16,273 nucleotides of DNA. Source: Candidatus Heimdallarchaeota archaeon (GTDB lineage: Archaea; Asgardarchaeota; Heimdallarchaeia; Hodarchaeales; Hodarchaeaceae). A program made the position numbers and the translations under genes. The notes beneath the pieces were generated by a model. The model searched no databases, was not told where the DNA came from, and saw only the letters and a program-made list of their open reading frames with translations. How positions within the stretch are numbered: position 1 is the stretch's first letter; every line of letters starts with the position of its first letter. This document shows, one piece after another, positions 7,684 to 16,273 of the stretch. The stretch covers positions 1-16,273 of the forward strand of contig DXJL01000151.1 in the NCBI GenBank assembly GCA_019057635.1, in the 5' to 3' direction.

Positions 7684-9153
7684 TTAACCAAAGATCAGTG
7701 ACTTAATAACAACTGGAAAAACCCGATCTTCAAAGAGTGGCTTCCCACAATCAATGAAATCTCCTTCCTTTACCGAAATTTCGTCCAGAGAAAGAATTTC
7801 ATTCGTAATACCTGTTTCTCGTTTCAATACATTACCAACAGAATTTCCGATATCCGTTTGAAATACTAGAAAGATAGGTTTGTCTTCCTGAACAGACTTG
7901 GGTAATCCTTTTACAATTCCTTGTGAAAAAATTGTCAATTTATCATAAACAGAGCGAACAGGGTCAATGAACGCAAGAACAAACTTACTTTCCCCTTCTA
8001 CAATATCCAATCTCTTCAGTGAGTTTTGTATCTGGTGTGCGACATAATCGATTGATAATTGATTTCGATCGATTTGGGGAAGTACTACTGGTAAATTACG
8101 GATTGGAAGATCAATTTTACTCCGGTCTTTTGAAATGAATGTTGTAGATCCACTTACATTTAATGTATGCCCACTTGCACCAATAACAGTTGCTCGTATC
8201 TTTTCTGGAGGTTCAATCCGCTCAAAAGCATGTTTTTTTAAGAGAGATCGAATTTTTGTTCCTAATATTTTACCAAGATCATTAAATTCTTGTTCAGATT
8301 TTTGATAAATGTATTCAGCAATTCCTCCTGAGAAACTGACGGCAGGGTTGTTACTATAACTGTCAAGAGGAAGATTTTCAGTCATCATAAGTTCTTGGGT
8401 AAGATTAGAAAGTTTTTCTCCTTTTAAAACCTCTAAAAGTGAATGAGCCAACTTTTCACTCACAAGTGTTTTTTCTTTCAGAGTTAGCTTATCACCTAAC
8501 CTTTGAGAAAGATTGCATGCTTCTAATACTAGTATTCCTGCTGGTTCCAAACGGAAAATTTCATCAGCATCATCGAATGCAAGTAATCTACCACCAACAT
8601 TAATACACGCCGTTGCAATAATAATTCCATTTTCAATAACAGCAATATTTGAAGTTCCTCCGCCAACATCCGAATGAATAATTTTTTTACCATGGGTTGC
8701 AGAAAAAGAAACTGCACCTGAGCCGTATGCAGAGATCATTGATTCAAAATTCGGTCCAGCTGTACTTGCGACAAAATTGCCTAATTCAGCTTCTTTAGCT
8801 AAAAATTTTACTATTTTTTCAGCATTATTCCGTTTTGCAGATTCTCCAGTAATAATGACTGCCCCAGAATCAATGGTAGCAGGATCAACGTGAGCTTTTT
8901 TGTATTCACTTAGAAGATCTGGAAGTAATCGGTCTATATCGATTTCATTGGAAGGAAGTAGGGGAGTGAAAAATATATCTCCACGATATTTGATTATACG
9001 CTCTGAAACATGAAATTTCTCGGTATTGGATGATGGATCCTTTTTGAGAACTAATTCCGAAAAGACTAAGTGAGAAGTAGTTGTTCCGACATCTACTCCT
9101 ACAGAATTCATTCGCTTCTCTGCAACTCGAATTGTCATTAATAATTTGACCAC
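7684..9153 (-). CDS. eutA: EutA-like ethanolamine ammonia-lyase reactivating factor (actin-like ATPase fold)
   Basis: SVGVDVGTTTSHLVFS, GAVIITGESAKRNNA, FVASTAGPNFES, DVGGGTSN, NVGGRL, IRATVIGA, DEI...GDFID and PVVIKSLIF. The probable start is the ATG at 9138, downstream of AGGTGG. Confidence 0.88.
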   Translation of the reverse strand: MVKLLMTIRVAEKRMNSVGVDVGTTTSHLVFSELVLKKDPSSNTEKFHVSERIIKYRGDIFFTPLLPSNEIDIDRLLPDLLSEYKKAHVDPATIDSGAVIITGESAKRNNAEKIVKFLAKEAELGNFVASTAGPNFESMISAYGSGAVSFSATHGKKIIHSDVGGGTSNIAVIENGIIIATACINVGGRLLAFDDADEIFRLEPAGILVLEACNLSQRLGDKLTLKEKTLVSEKLAHSLLEVLKGEKLSNLTQELMMTENLPLDSYSNNPAVSFSGGIAEYIYQKSEQEFNDLGKILGTKIRSLLKKHAFERIEPPEKIRATVIGASGHTLNVSGSTTFISKDRSKIDLPIRNLPVVLPQIDRNQLSIDYVAHQIQNSLKRLDIVEGESKFVLAFIDPVRSVYDKLTIFSQGIVKGLPKSVQEDKPIFLVFQTDIGNSVGNVLKRETGITNEILSLDEISVKEGDFIDCGKPLFEDRVFPVVIKSLIFG

Positions 9154-9283
9154 CTGTGTACCTCTTACTGAAAATTAGGGGAATTAACTCATCTATCGAT
9201 GAAAATAGGTGGTTACAAAAAGGTACTGGTATTGACAGCGAGAGTCAAGCATAGTGCAATTCGTAAATCAGAGATGGAATTGT

Positions 9284-11344
9284 TCATTTTTTGTAAACAG
9301 CTGGCCCAAACGTTTGATTCTTCATTTTAATACGTGGGCTTGTGAAGCTACAAGTTGGATACTGAGAACAACCGTAAAATTTCTCCCCCGTACGCGAATT
9401 GGTTCTTTCGTGAAGGGTACCACCAGTACATATTGGACAAGGATAAGAAGAATCATTGGATTTAGATTTTCGTCTATATTGAGAGGATTTGAAAGCAGAT
9501 TTTTTACTACTATTTGTACCTAAACCTGAAAATGCTTCTTTCAATAGAACCTGTAGTTCTTGGAGCTGTGAAAGTAATTGTTTGTGAAGTGAAATATATT
9601 CGATACGGATGGTTTCTAACATTGTTTCATACGAATATTTTTCAGTAGCTACCTCATCCATACGGATTTCAACTTGCCGAGTGAACTTAGGTGTTACCAA
9701 ATCAGGCCAAATTGAATCAAATATTTTGATAAGGTTTTTTCCAGTGAGTGTACTCTCATATGACGTTCCTTGACGTTTAATATATTTTCTCATTTCCAAC
9801 TTTTTGATGATTTCAGGACGGGAGGATTTTGTACCAATTTTAAGTTTTTCCAGCCGTTTTATGAGTGTTGCATCTCCCCAACGTGCAGGTGGTTTAGTTT
9901 TGAATTTTTCTGACCGAGTATTTCGGACTTGGACAATTTGACCCTTATCAAAGGAAAAAGATGGAGTTTCGCGAGGTTTTCTCCAAATCATTGCCTCAGT
10001 CCATCCAAATGACTCTGTGGTTTGATACTTTTGACTGAATGGTTCTTCTTTTATGGATAATTTAACCGTTCCACGCTGCTGAAGAAGATCGTCCATAAAC
10101 ATACCGATATACCAACGAACAACAAATGTCCAACTCTTCAAGTGAGTGGGAGTAATCTTAGTCCCGATTTGAGGAATCGCTCCCGTGGGGTGAATCGGAT
10201 CATGATCTTCTGTTCCTTGCTTACGACCATTTGTCCTGACTTGGATCATACTTTTAATTTGTTGGAAAAAAGGTTTGTAAGGATCATGCTTTTGGAGTTT
10301 AATCAGGATATCTTTATGTGGAAAGTTGTCCTTGAATTTTCTGTTTTCTGTTCGGGGGTAGGAAATGTATCCCTGTTGGTAAAGAGTTGCCAGAAAAGAT
10401 AGTGCTTCTTCGGCTTTTACCTTTAAATTCTGTGATATGAGCGCAATAGCATCAGTCGTATTCATTGGACGAGGAGGAGGAATATGAATTTGTCTTCGTT
10501 GAAATGAAGTGATTTTTGCTAATGTTGACTTCTGTAACTTATCAAGAATCGTCTGTACTTTCACCCCCTTCGTGAATGGAGAGTGATCATGTTGTACAGA
10601 GACAAGAACCTCCTTTCTACTATCGTCTAATAGGTCCGCAAGAATATTGTACTTTTGTTGAGCAAGAAAGGCTGTTCGCTCATTGTCTCGATCAACGATC
10701 AACTTGAGGGTAGGTAATTGGACACGACCTACAGATAAAACCAGCCCTCTTTCTTTTCTGACTTTACGTGCGGTCATGGTAACCTCACGAGTGCCCGCAA
10801 ATCCTACCCATGCATCAATTGTGCGACGTCCCTGAACAGCTAAGGCTGAATTGACCGACCAAGAAGTTAGCTGATTAAATGCTCTCAGAATTTCTACTGA
10901 CGTTAAAGAAGAGTTCCAAATACGACGTGTATTCGATTTTAACCTAGGATTTGATCGTATTGCTATATTATATGCTTCAAAAGCAATATTATCTCCCTCG
11001 GAATCCGGATCAGTGGCTAACCACAATTCATCCGCTTTACTGGCCAAATCTCTGATGATTTTTCGAAATTCATAGTTTTCTTTAACAACAAGGGCTTTAG
11101 GATCCTGGACGAGTGCAATCGGGGGACATTCACCCCATCCAAATCCCTTTTTAGTATCGATATTCGTAATATGCCCCGATAGAGGTAGAAATGTTAAAGT
11201 GTCTCCCTTCCATTTTCCTGTACGGATGTAAATGCGTTTACCAACTTTTTTAGTCATAACAGATGAAAACAATGTTTCACAAAAAGTTCGTACTTGAGAA
11301 GCTTTTTCCCCAATTACAAGCACTTGTTTTCCTTGCTTCGTCAT
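9284..11344 (-). CDS. topA: DNA topoisomerase type IA (archaeal TopA/Topo III type) with C-terminal C4 zinc ribbon
   Basis: TOPRIM motifs (GEK, LSGHI, LATDPDSEGD), LSVGRVQLPTL, catalytic GYISYPRTE, HDPIHPT, GTKSSR and a C-terminal CPIC...FYGCSQYPTC. Confidence 0.96.
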   Translation of the reverse strand: MTKQGKQVLVIGEKASQVRTFCETLFSSVMTKKVGKRIYIRTGKWKGDTLTFLPLSGHITNIDTKKGFGWGECPPIALVQDPKALVVKENYEFRKIIRDLASKADELWLATDPDSEGDNIAFEAYNIAIRSNPRLKSNTRRIWNSSLTSVEILRAFNQLTSWSVNSALAVQGRRTIDAWVGFAGTREVTMTARKVRKERGLVLSVGRVQLPTLKLIVDRDNERTAFLAQQKYNILADLLDDSRKEVLVSVQHDHSPFTKGVKVQTILDKLQKSTLAKITSFQRRQIHIPPPRPMNTTDAIALISQNLKVKAEEALSFLATLYQQGYISYPRTENRKFKDNFPHKDILIKLQKHDPYKPFFQQIKSMIQVRTNGRKQGTEDHDPIHPTGAIPQIGTKITPTHLKSWTFVVRWYIGMFMDDLLQQRGTVKLSIKEEPFSQKYQTTESFGWTEAMIWRKPRETPSFSFDKGQIVQVRNTRSEKFKTKPPARWGDATLIKRLEKLKIGTKSSRPEIIKKLEMRKYIKRQGTSYESTLTGKNLIKIFDSIWPDLVTPKFTRQVEIRMDEVATEKYSYETMLETIRIEYISLHKQLLSQLQELQVLLKEAFSGLGTNSSKKSAFKSSQYRRKSKSNDSSYPCPICTGGTLHERTNSRTGEKFYGCSQYPTCSFTSPRIKMKNQTFGPAVYKK

Positions 11345-11573
11345 TATAGCTAATCATTCCAGACATAGGGAGTAAATTTCATCTCTATTACGACAAACAT
11401 AATAGGTTACTAAAATCAATGAAGAAATTAAAACGAGAAATGAATATTGATTAGAGAGTAAGCCTCTCCCTCTTCCTTAAAAAGATAGTGGCATGATTCG
11501 TTTGTTTCTAAATTTTGTTTACATTCCAAAAAAATTTATATAGTCCAAAAATTGGAATGATATTGTGATATAA

Positions 11574-12524
11574 ATGGAAGTAGAATATCGTAAATTTCAA
11601 CCTAATGAGGGATTAGAGGAGATTCAAGCAGAGATTTATGTTAATGCTCAAAAACGCATACCAGATCGTGATTATCCAGTACCAACAGTTGAAGAAGTCG
11701 TGCAGCAAATTAAAACTCGAAACAAAAATGATGCACCTGATGTCAATGCAATCAGATATGCTTTTACAAAAGATGGTACACCATTAGCGTATGTTCAATC
11801 ACATTATATGAATCGTTATAATGCTACAGAAGTTAGTTTTCCCCATGCTACGGAAAATTGCCCGACTGAGGTCCAAGATAAACTTTTTCAAGATGTCGTC
11901 GATTATGTTGTTGATCGTGATAAGAACAAAGGTGTTGATCATCAGGTTATTGCTGGTGGAGTTTATCAATCCAAGATGAAACAAGAAATCGCATTTCTGA
12001 AATCTCATGACTTCATAGTCGATAGAAAATATCTCACCTACCGTTACAATATTGGTTCACTCGAATTAGAAGGGGAAGAAAAATTTACTATTCGGAAAGG
12101 AGATTTAACTGATGAAACGGATATGGCCGCTCTTATGGAGCTCGGGAGATTGGATGAAACATCATTAGAAGCTTTTCCAAAAGAAGAACAACTAAAAAGA
12201 TATTACGAAAACATTCAACGAAATCCTCTGAAGATGATTTTAATTTTTGAAGACGATTTAATTGTCGCAGCAGGAGCAATTCGCGCAGAAGAAAATCAAA
12301 ATCCAAGTGTTCAATTTACTTTCTACAGGCCACGGAAGGAATTAGCTTGGAAACTCCTAATGCTTAATATTTCAAAGAAAGCCTTTGATCTAACTCAAAA
12401 ACATTTATCAGCAACATACGAAGCTGATTCAGGAATAGAATTTGAAATGGTTCAAGAACTCGAAAAATCTGGTCATGTCAAGTTTATTTCGAAGAGTTAT
12501 AGATTTAACTTAACAAAAAATTAA
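11574..12524 (+). CDS. Hypothetical protein, probable tandem GNAT-like fold
   Basis: 316 aa with two repeats starting EYRKF and TIRKG, beta-hairpins (YAFTKDGTPLAYV; LIFEDDLIVAAG) and an FLKSHDF motif resembling GNAT FxxxxGF. Confidence 0.55.
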   Translation: MEVEYRKFQPNEGLEEIQAEIYVNAQKRIPDRDYPVPTVEEVVQQIKTRNKNDAPDVNAIRYAFTKDGTPLAYVQSHYMNRYNATEVSFPHATENCPTEVQDKLFQDVVDYVVDRDKNKGVDHQVIAGGVYQSKMKQEIAFLKSHDFIVDRKYLTYRYNIGSLELEGEEKFTIRKGDLTDETDMAALMELGRLDETSLEAFPKEEQLKRYYENIQRNPLKMILIFEDDLIVAAGAIRAEENQNPSVQFTFYRPRKELAWKLLMLNISKKAFDLTQKHLSATYEADSGIEFEMVQELEKSGHVKFISKSYRFNLTKN

Positions 12525-12556
12525 ATTTAACTCTTCATTAAGAGCAATAAAACTAT

Positions 12557-12590
12557 TCCAGCATTTTCTGCTGGATTTTTTCATTTTTTT
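12557..12590 (+). terminator. Hairpin plus T-run terminator
   Basis: TCCAGCA-TTTTC-TGCTGGA is a perfect 7-bp stem followed by T-runs, 32 nt after the stop at 12524. Confidence 0.6.
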
Positions 12591-12662
12591 TGAAATAATA
12601 AAACAAATGAACTTATGTTCTGCTCGTTTCTCATCTAATTTCTACTCTAATTACTGTAAACT

Positions 12663-13472
12663 GTGATAAAAATGACTTTTAGAACGATAGATTTAACTCA
12701 GCGCTTGTCAATTCATACCCCTCCTTGGCCTAGTTATATGCCTTTACAATTACAATACTTTAAACGTATTGCTGGAGCACATATGGGACAAGGTGCAAAT
12801 GGCCAAATAATAAAAACCAGTAATCATGTGGGCACTCACATTGATGGAGAAATCCATTTTTTTGCAGCTGGTAGAACGATAGGTCAAATGGATCTAGAAG
12901 AATTTTGTGGTCCTGGTGTTGTTGTCGATTTATCTGACGTTATGACCGATTATGATCTATATTCACCTGAAATGTTGAAGGAACGCGCAGATATACAGAA
13001 AGGTGACATTTTACTAATCAAAACTGGTTATCAACGCTATTCTTGGGATCAACCCGAGAGTGATGAATTACGCTATTTTGTCAAACATCCAGGCCCAGAT
13101 GCAGATTTTCCTAAATGGGCAATTGATATGGATTTCAAGTGGATTGGGGTTGATTGTGGCTCCGCTGACCATCCAATGAATACTATTATCCGTGATTGGC
13201 ATCCTAAATCGTTTATTGAAGCTGAGGAAAAATTAGTAACCAAATATGGGGTAAAGTCTTGGGATACTATGTTCCCACCATCCAAATTTTATCAGATCAT
13301 GCATCTTGAATTGTTTCCCAAAGGAGTTATCCACGCTGAAAATTTGTGGATTCCAGATGATCCTGACCTGACAAATAAAAGAACTTGGGTCGGTTGCTTC
13401 CCACTTCGAGGTATAGAATTAGAATCTTCCATGTGCAGAATTGTGGCATTCCCCGATGTACCTTTAAAATAG
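12663..13472 (+). CDS. Cyclase-family metal-dependent hydrolase (kynurenine formamidase-like)
   Basis: IDLT, HVGTHIDG (HxGTHxD), GDILLIKTG, GVDCGSAD, HAENL and CRIVA. The probable start is the ATG at 12672. Confidence 0.92.
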   Translation: MIKMTFRTIDLTQRLSIHTPPWPSYMPLQLQYFKRIAGAHMGQGANGQIIKTSNHVGTHIDGEIHFFAAGRTIGQMDLEEFCGPGVVVDLSDVMTDYDLYSPEMLKERADIQKGDILLIKTGYQRYSWDQPESDELRYFVKHPGPDADFPKWAIDMDFKWIGVDCGSADHPMNTIIRDWHPKSFIEAEEKLVTKYGVKSWDTMFPPSKFYQIMHLELFPKGVIHAENLWIPDDPDLTNKRTWVGCFPLRGIELESSMCRIVAFPDVPLK

Positions 13473-13634
13473 TTATATTAATTTTCTTCTTACTTTATTT
13501 ACGTTAGATTAAATTATCTATCTTTTTCTCCTTATTTCTTTAATATCTCTACAAGTATATTTGACTGTACTTTCTCCAAAAAAACTATATTCGGTTTAGT
13601 GTTCTTCATTATATAACCCACTAATGGAAGAAAA

Positions 13635-14108
13635 GTGCATATGGAACGTGTTGAATTCTTTAAAAAGCAAATACAACAAAAAAAAGAAATTGTTGAATCT
13701 GCCCATGCGGCAGTTAAAGAACTTAAGAATAATATGGTGAAAAAATTGATTGAGGGAATAGCTAGTGATTCTACTAAGCATGCCTCATTATTGACTTCTT
13801 TAATCGCAGCTGAAACGGGTTCTAATCCACTAATTGATGAAAAAGTAACTGATCAATTGAAAAAGAATTTAGAAGATCATATTAGACTAGAACAACAAGC
13901 TATCGATACATATAAAGAATTACTTAAAACTCTTGAAGGAGAAAGTGAAACTCTGATCATTAAGTATATCCTTAATGATGAAATACGGCATCACGCTCTT
14001 TTAAAGAAGATTCATAAAATAATTGTAGAAAAAGAAACTCTCACTGAACAGGATCTCTGGGATCTCACATGGAAGGATTCCATTTCTCATGGTTCCCCGG
14101 GGGGATGA
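13635..14108 (+). CDS. Ferritin-like/rubrerythrin-type four-helix-bundle protein
   Basis: Duplicated helical hairpins with DSTKH and DEIRHH, plus EQQAIDTYKELL. The probable start is the ATG at 13641. The protein ends in HGSPGG. Confidence 0.8.
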   Translation: MHMERVEFFKKQIQQKKEIVESAHAAVKELKNNMVKKLIEGIASDSTKHASLLTSLIAAETGSNPLIDEKVTDQLKKNLEDHIRLEQQAIDTYKELLKTLEGESETLIIKYILNDEIRHHALLKKIHKIIVEKETLTEQDLWDLTWKDSISHGSPGG

Positions 14109-14116
14109 ATTTTAAA

Positions 14117-14135
14117 TCTTCTTTTTTTCTTTTTT
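14117..14135 (+). terminator. Archaeal oligo-T terminator candidate
   Basis: A pyrimidine tract with two T-runs follows the ferritin-like gene stop, between convergent genes. Confidence 0.4.
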
Positions 14136-14185
14136 GCATACCATTCCCTAAACTACACCACGAGCTCCTGGAGGCATTTTTATCC

Positions 14186-16273
14186 CTAGTGGAAACGGAA
14201 TTGAACTTGGGGCAATGAGATTACTCCTCGCTCGGTCAATCGTACACCACATATTGGACACTCGTTCCTAATCTTAACACTCTGAAGTAAGTGACGGCGA
14301 TGAAAAAAGCTGGAACATTGCGTACATTCAACTAAATCAACATCGGTAGTTGTTACGACACTTTTAAGGCAAATAACACATGTTAGTCTTTGAGTACAGA
14401 ATCCACAATTTTTTTGTTTCTCTAAAACAGGATTATTACATTTAGGACAATTAGATTGATAACTAGATTGTTTAGGCAATTCTGTAGTTGTTTTAAGAGT
14501 TTTTTTATAGATTTCTTTTAGACCTGAACTCCACATGTGGAATATTGTTTGTGGGGAATCAATCTCGAAGCGTTTGATAAATTTCTTTATTGCCAAAGAA
14601 TATTCTTGTTCGAATTCTCCCTGTTCAGGTAGCTCCATGAGAAATGGTAAATTTATCCATGAACAGTACTCTCCTATTAACGGTAAAATAGCGCGTTTTA
14701 TCTCTGCTCTTTGTGATTGTTGATACAAAGAGATGTAGTATTTTTCTGGCTCAGAAGGTGGTCTTTTAGCAAATCGGGTTGTTAAAGCACGAATAGTAGA
14801 ATCTTCGGAGATATTGATTGAAGGATCTGAAAGGACGTAATCTAATGAGTTTTGAGGTAGTTTAGTAAAATATGCACTGAGTAAGGACTCACGTATAGAT
14901 AAATGCGAGTTATTCAATATGGTCAATATTCTGATATCGTCCTCTATTGATCTCCCTACAGCTTGCTTTATGAGAGCTGATAACAGAGCTTGACCTTCAT
15001 TTGAGAATTTTTTTGTCTGATCATTAGTAATAATATCTCGAATCAGCTTATAATCATTTGTTGGCCCTCTGAGACGTGAGAGACATTGATCAACAAGAAC
15101 TGGTCTTAAACATTTTGTTTTAAGACCAGGGATAATATATTTGAGTAAGATTCCAAATTTCTTTTCTGATAATTTATTGGTATAGTTCCCAACAGAGATT
15201 GCAAAAGAGGAAAGATTGTGATCATCAATATTCTCGATAGTTACTCTTGGATATTTACCAATTATTTGGTTAAAGAGGTTTTCAACGAATAATCTCAAAT
15301 TTACATCAATATTAAGCTTGGTAAGACGAATCAATACAAGATACAGGAGTTTTTTCGGGTTTAAGTCAAGAATTGATAGAATTAAAGGCTCTATGTTCTT
15401 ATGATCCAACAATACAGGGTCCCGAATTGAGAGTATTGCATAGAGCATCTGGTTACTCTTGGTAGAAAAATCAGGGATGATATATTTCCGTATGTAGGAA
15501 GAATGATTCCTTGGTAATGATATGACAATCTCCCCTAAAATTGGTATACTCTTATTAAATGCATGTTTTATTAAGATCTTATATTTAGGTAAGCTTTTAC
15601 TTGATATAGAGGAGAAATTTTGCCAGAATGTCACGATTTCGATATCGATAAGTTTCTTTGTAATTGTCAATAGCGTCTCTGTATTTTTTTTGGATATTTT
15701 CTCAAATTTGTTTAAAAATAGAGGTAATACTTCATCTGGACGAAGTAAAAACACTTTTTCCCATGAGGTGATTAGAGCTTTTTCGAATCCCACCCTAGAA
15801 ACGAGTTTTTCAATATCAGTATTACTCATTTCACTAGCAATAATACTCATAGGAAAAGAAATTTTACTACTAATTTGTATTATTTCCTCAAAATGATCCT
15901 TAAAGTGGATCTTCAGATAGCTGGCTAACCTGGTATAGACTGTTGACTCAATAGGTTGAGATGTAGTTAGTAATGGAAGAAAATAATTAAAATTTTGGTA
16001 TAAATAACCAATATGAGGAATATACTTATTTTTTATTAAATAATTGCTGATATTACCCATTGTTTTTGCATCAAAATTTTCTAGAAGTCGAGATACTTGT
16101 TTTCTTTTAGTGTAATATTGTTGTTGGATGATTTGCTCTATTAACTTCTTCCATTGAGTTGTTTTTAGGGAATTGAGTGAAGGACGGAGTATGTTCTGAA
16201 TATTTGTATCTTTGGTTTGAAAATAAGAATCGATTACTCGTTCTTTATCGAGTGTAGAGTAATTCTGAAATTC
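14186..16273 (-). CDS. Large alpha-helical (HEAT/solenoid-like) protein with a C-terminal Zn ribbon and RING-variant finger; 5'-truncated by the window edge
   Basis: I found no in-frame stop in 16061-16273, so the ORF extends beyond the track's ATG at 16060. The C-terminus reads CPKC-x10-CGFC, then CVIC-x14-CTQC-x4-H-x2-H-x10-CPIC (14249-14449). Confidence 0.8.
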   Translation of the reverse strand, partial: EFQNYSTLDKERVIDSYFQTKDTNIQNILRPSLNSLKTTQWKKLIEQIIQQQYYTKRKQVSRLLENFDAKTMGNISNYLIKNKYIPHIGYLYQNFNYFLPLLTTSQPIESTVYTRLASYLKIHFKDHFEEIIQISSKISFPMSIIASEMSNTDIEKLVSRVGFEKALITSWEKVFLLRPDEVLPLFLNKFEKISKKNTETLLTITKKLIDIEIVTFWQNFSSISSKSLPKYKILIKHAFNKSIPILGEIVISLPRNHSSYIRKYIIPDFSTKSNQMLYAILSIRDPVLLDHKNIEPLILSILDLNPKKLLYLVLIRLTKLNIDVNLRLFVENLFNQIIGKYPRVTIENIDDHNLSSFAISVGNYTNKLSEKKFGILLKYIIPGLKTKCLRPVLVDQCLSRLRGPTNDYKLIRDIITNDQTKKFSNEGQALLSALIKQAVGRSIEDDIRILTILNNSHLSIRESLLSAYFTKLPQNSLDYVLSDPSINISEDSTIRALTTRFAKRPPSEPEKYYISLYQQSQRAEIKRAILPLIGEYCSWINLPFLMELPEQGEFEQEYSLAIKKFIKRFEIDSPQTIFHMWSSGLKEIYKKTLKTTTELPKQSSYQSNCPKCNNPVLEKQKNCGFCTQRLTCVICLKSVVTTTDVDLVECTQCSSFFHRRHLLQSVKIRNECPICGVRLTERGVISLPQVQFRFH

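Noticed and set aside
9284-11344. Reverse gyrase or mobile-element topoisomerase
   Set aside because: There is no helicase domain and no mobile-element context; it looks like a housekeeping type IA enzyme.
250-15896. Short alternative-frame or antisense ORFs (250-435, 420-698, 2109-2342, 2758-3003, 3336-3530, 3975-4235, 5697-5879, 5881-6174, 8529-8717, 9254-9523, 10142-10402, 11799-12008, 13073-13285, 13596-13781, 14535-14723, 15522-15896)
   Set aside because: All overlap better-supported genes and show no recognisable motifs; they are treated as shadow ORFs.

Overview
AT-rich, gene-dense archaeal-type window, most likely from an Asgard archaeon (inference from AGGTGA-type ribosome-binding sites, T-rich terminators, an archaeal-type topoisomerase IA, and a solenoid protein with a C-terminal RING-like finger). 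It holds 16 plausible CDSs: the end of a xanthine-dehydrogenase-family molybdoenzyme cluster, a VOC protein, an unknown membrane protein, a Cys-rich HxlR regulator, a three-gene membrane operon, an aldo-keto reductase, a metallophosphoesterase, a EutA-like protein with no eutBC nearby, topoisomerase IA, a GNAT-like protein, a cyclase-family hydrolase, a ferritin-like protein and a 5'-truncated alpha-solenoid/Zn-ribbon/RING protein. The best candidate for an undescribed system is the operon at 2867-6160: a 7-TM protein, a 12-TM protein and a heme O synthase. The 12-TM protein has His residues in TM2, TM6 and TM10 like heme-copper oxidase subunit I, but lacks the CuB motifs (HPxVY, HH). No CuA subunit II lies in the window, and the operon is transcribed divergently from the putative thiol-sensing HxlR. 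No rRNA, tRNA, CRISPR array or mobile element was recognised. All family calls come from motif recognition by eye, not from database searches.
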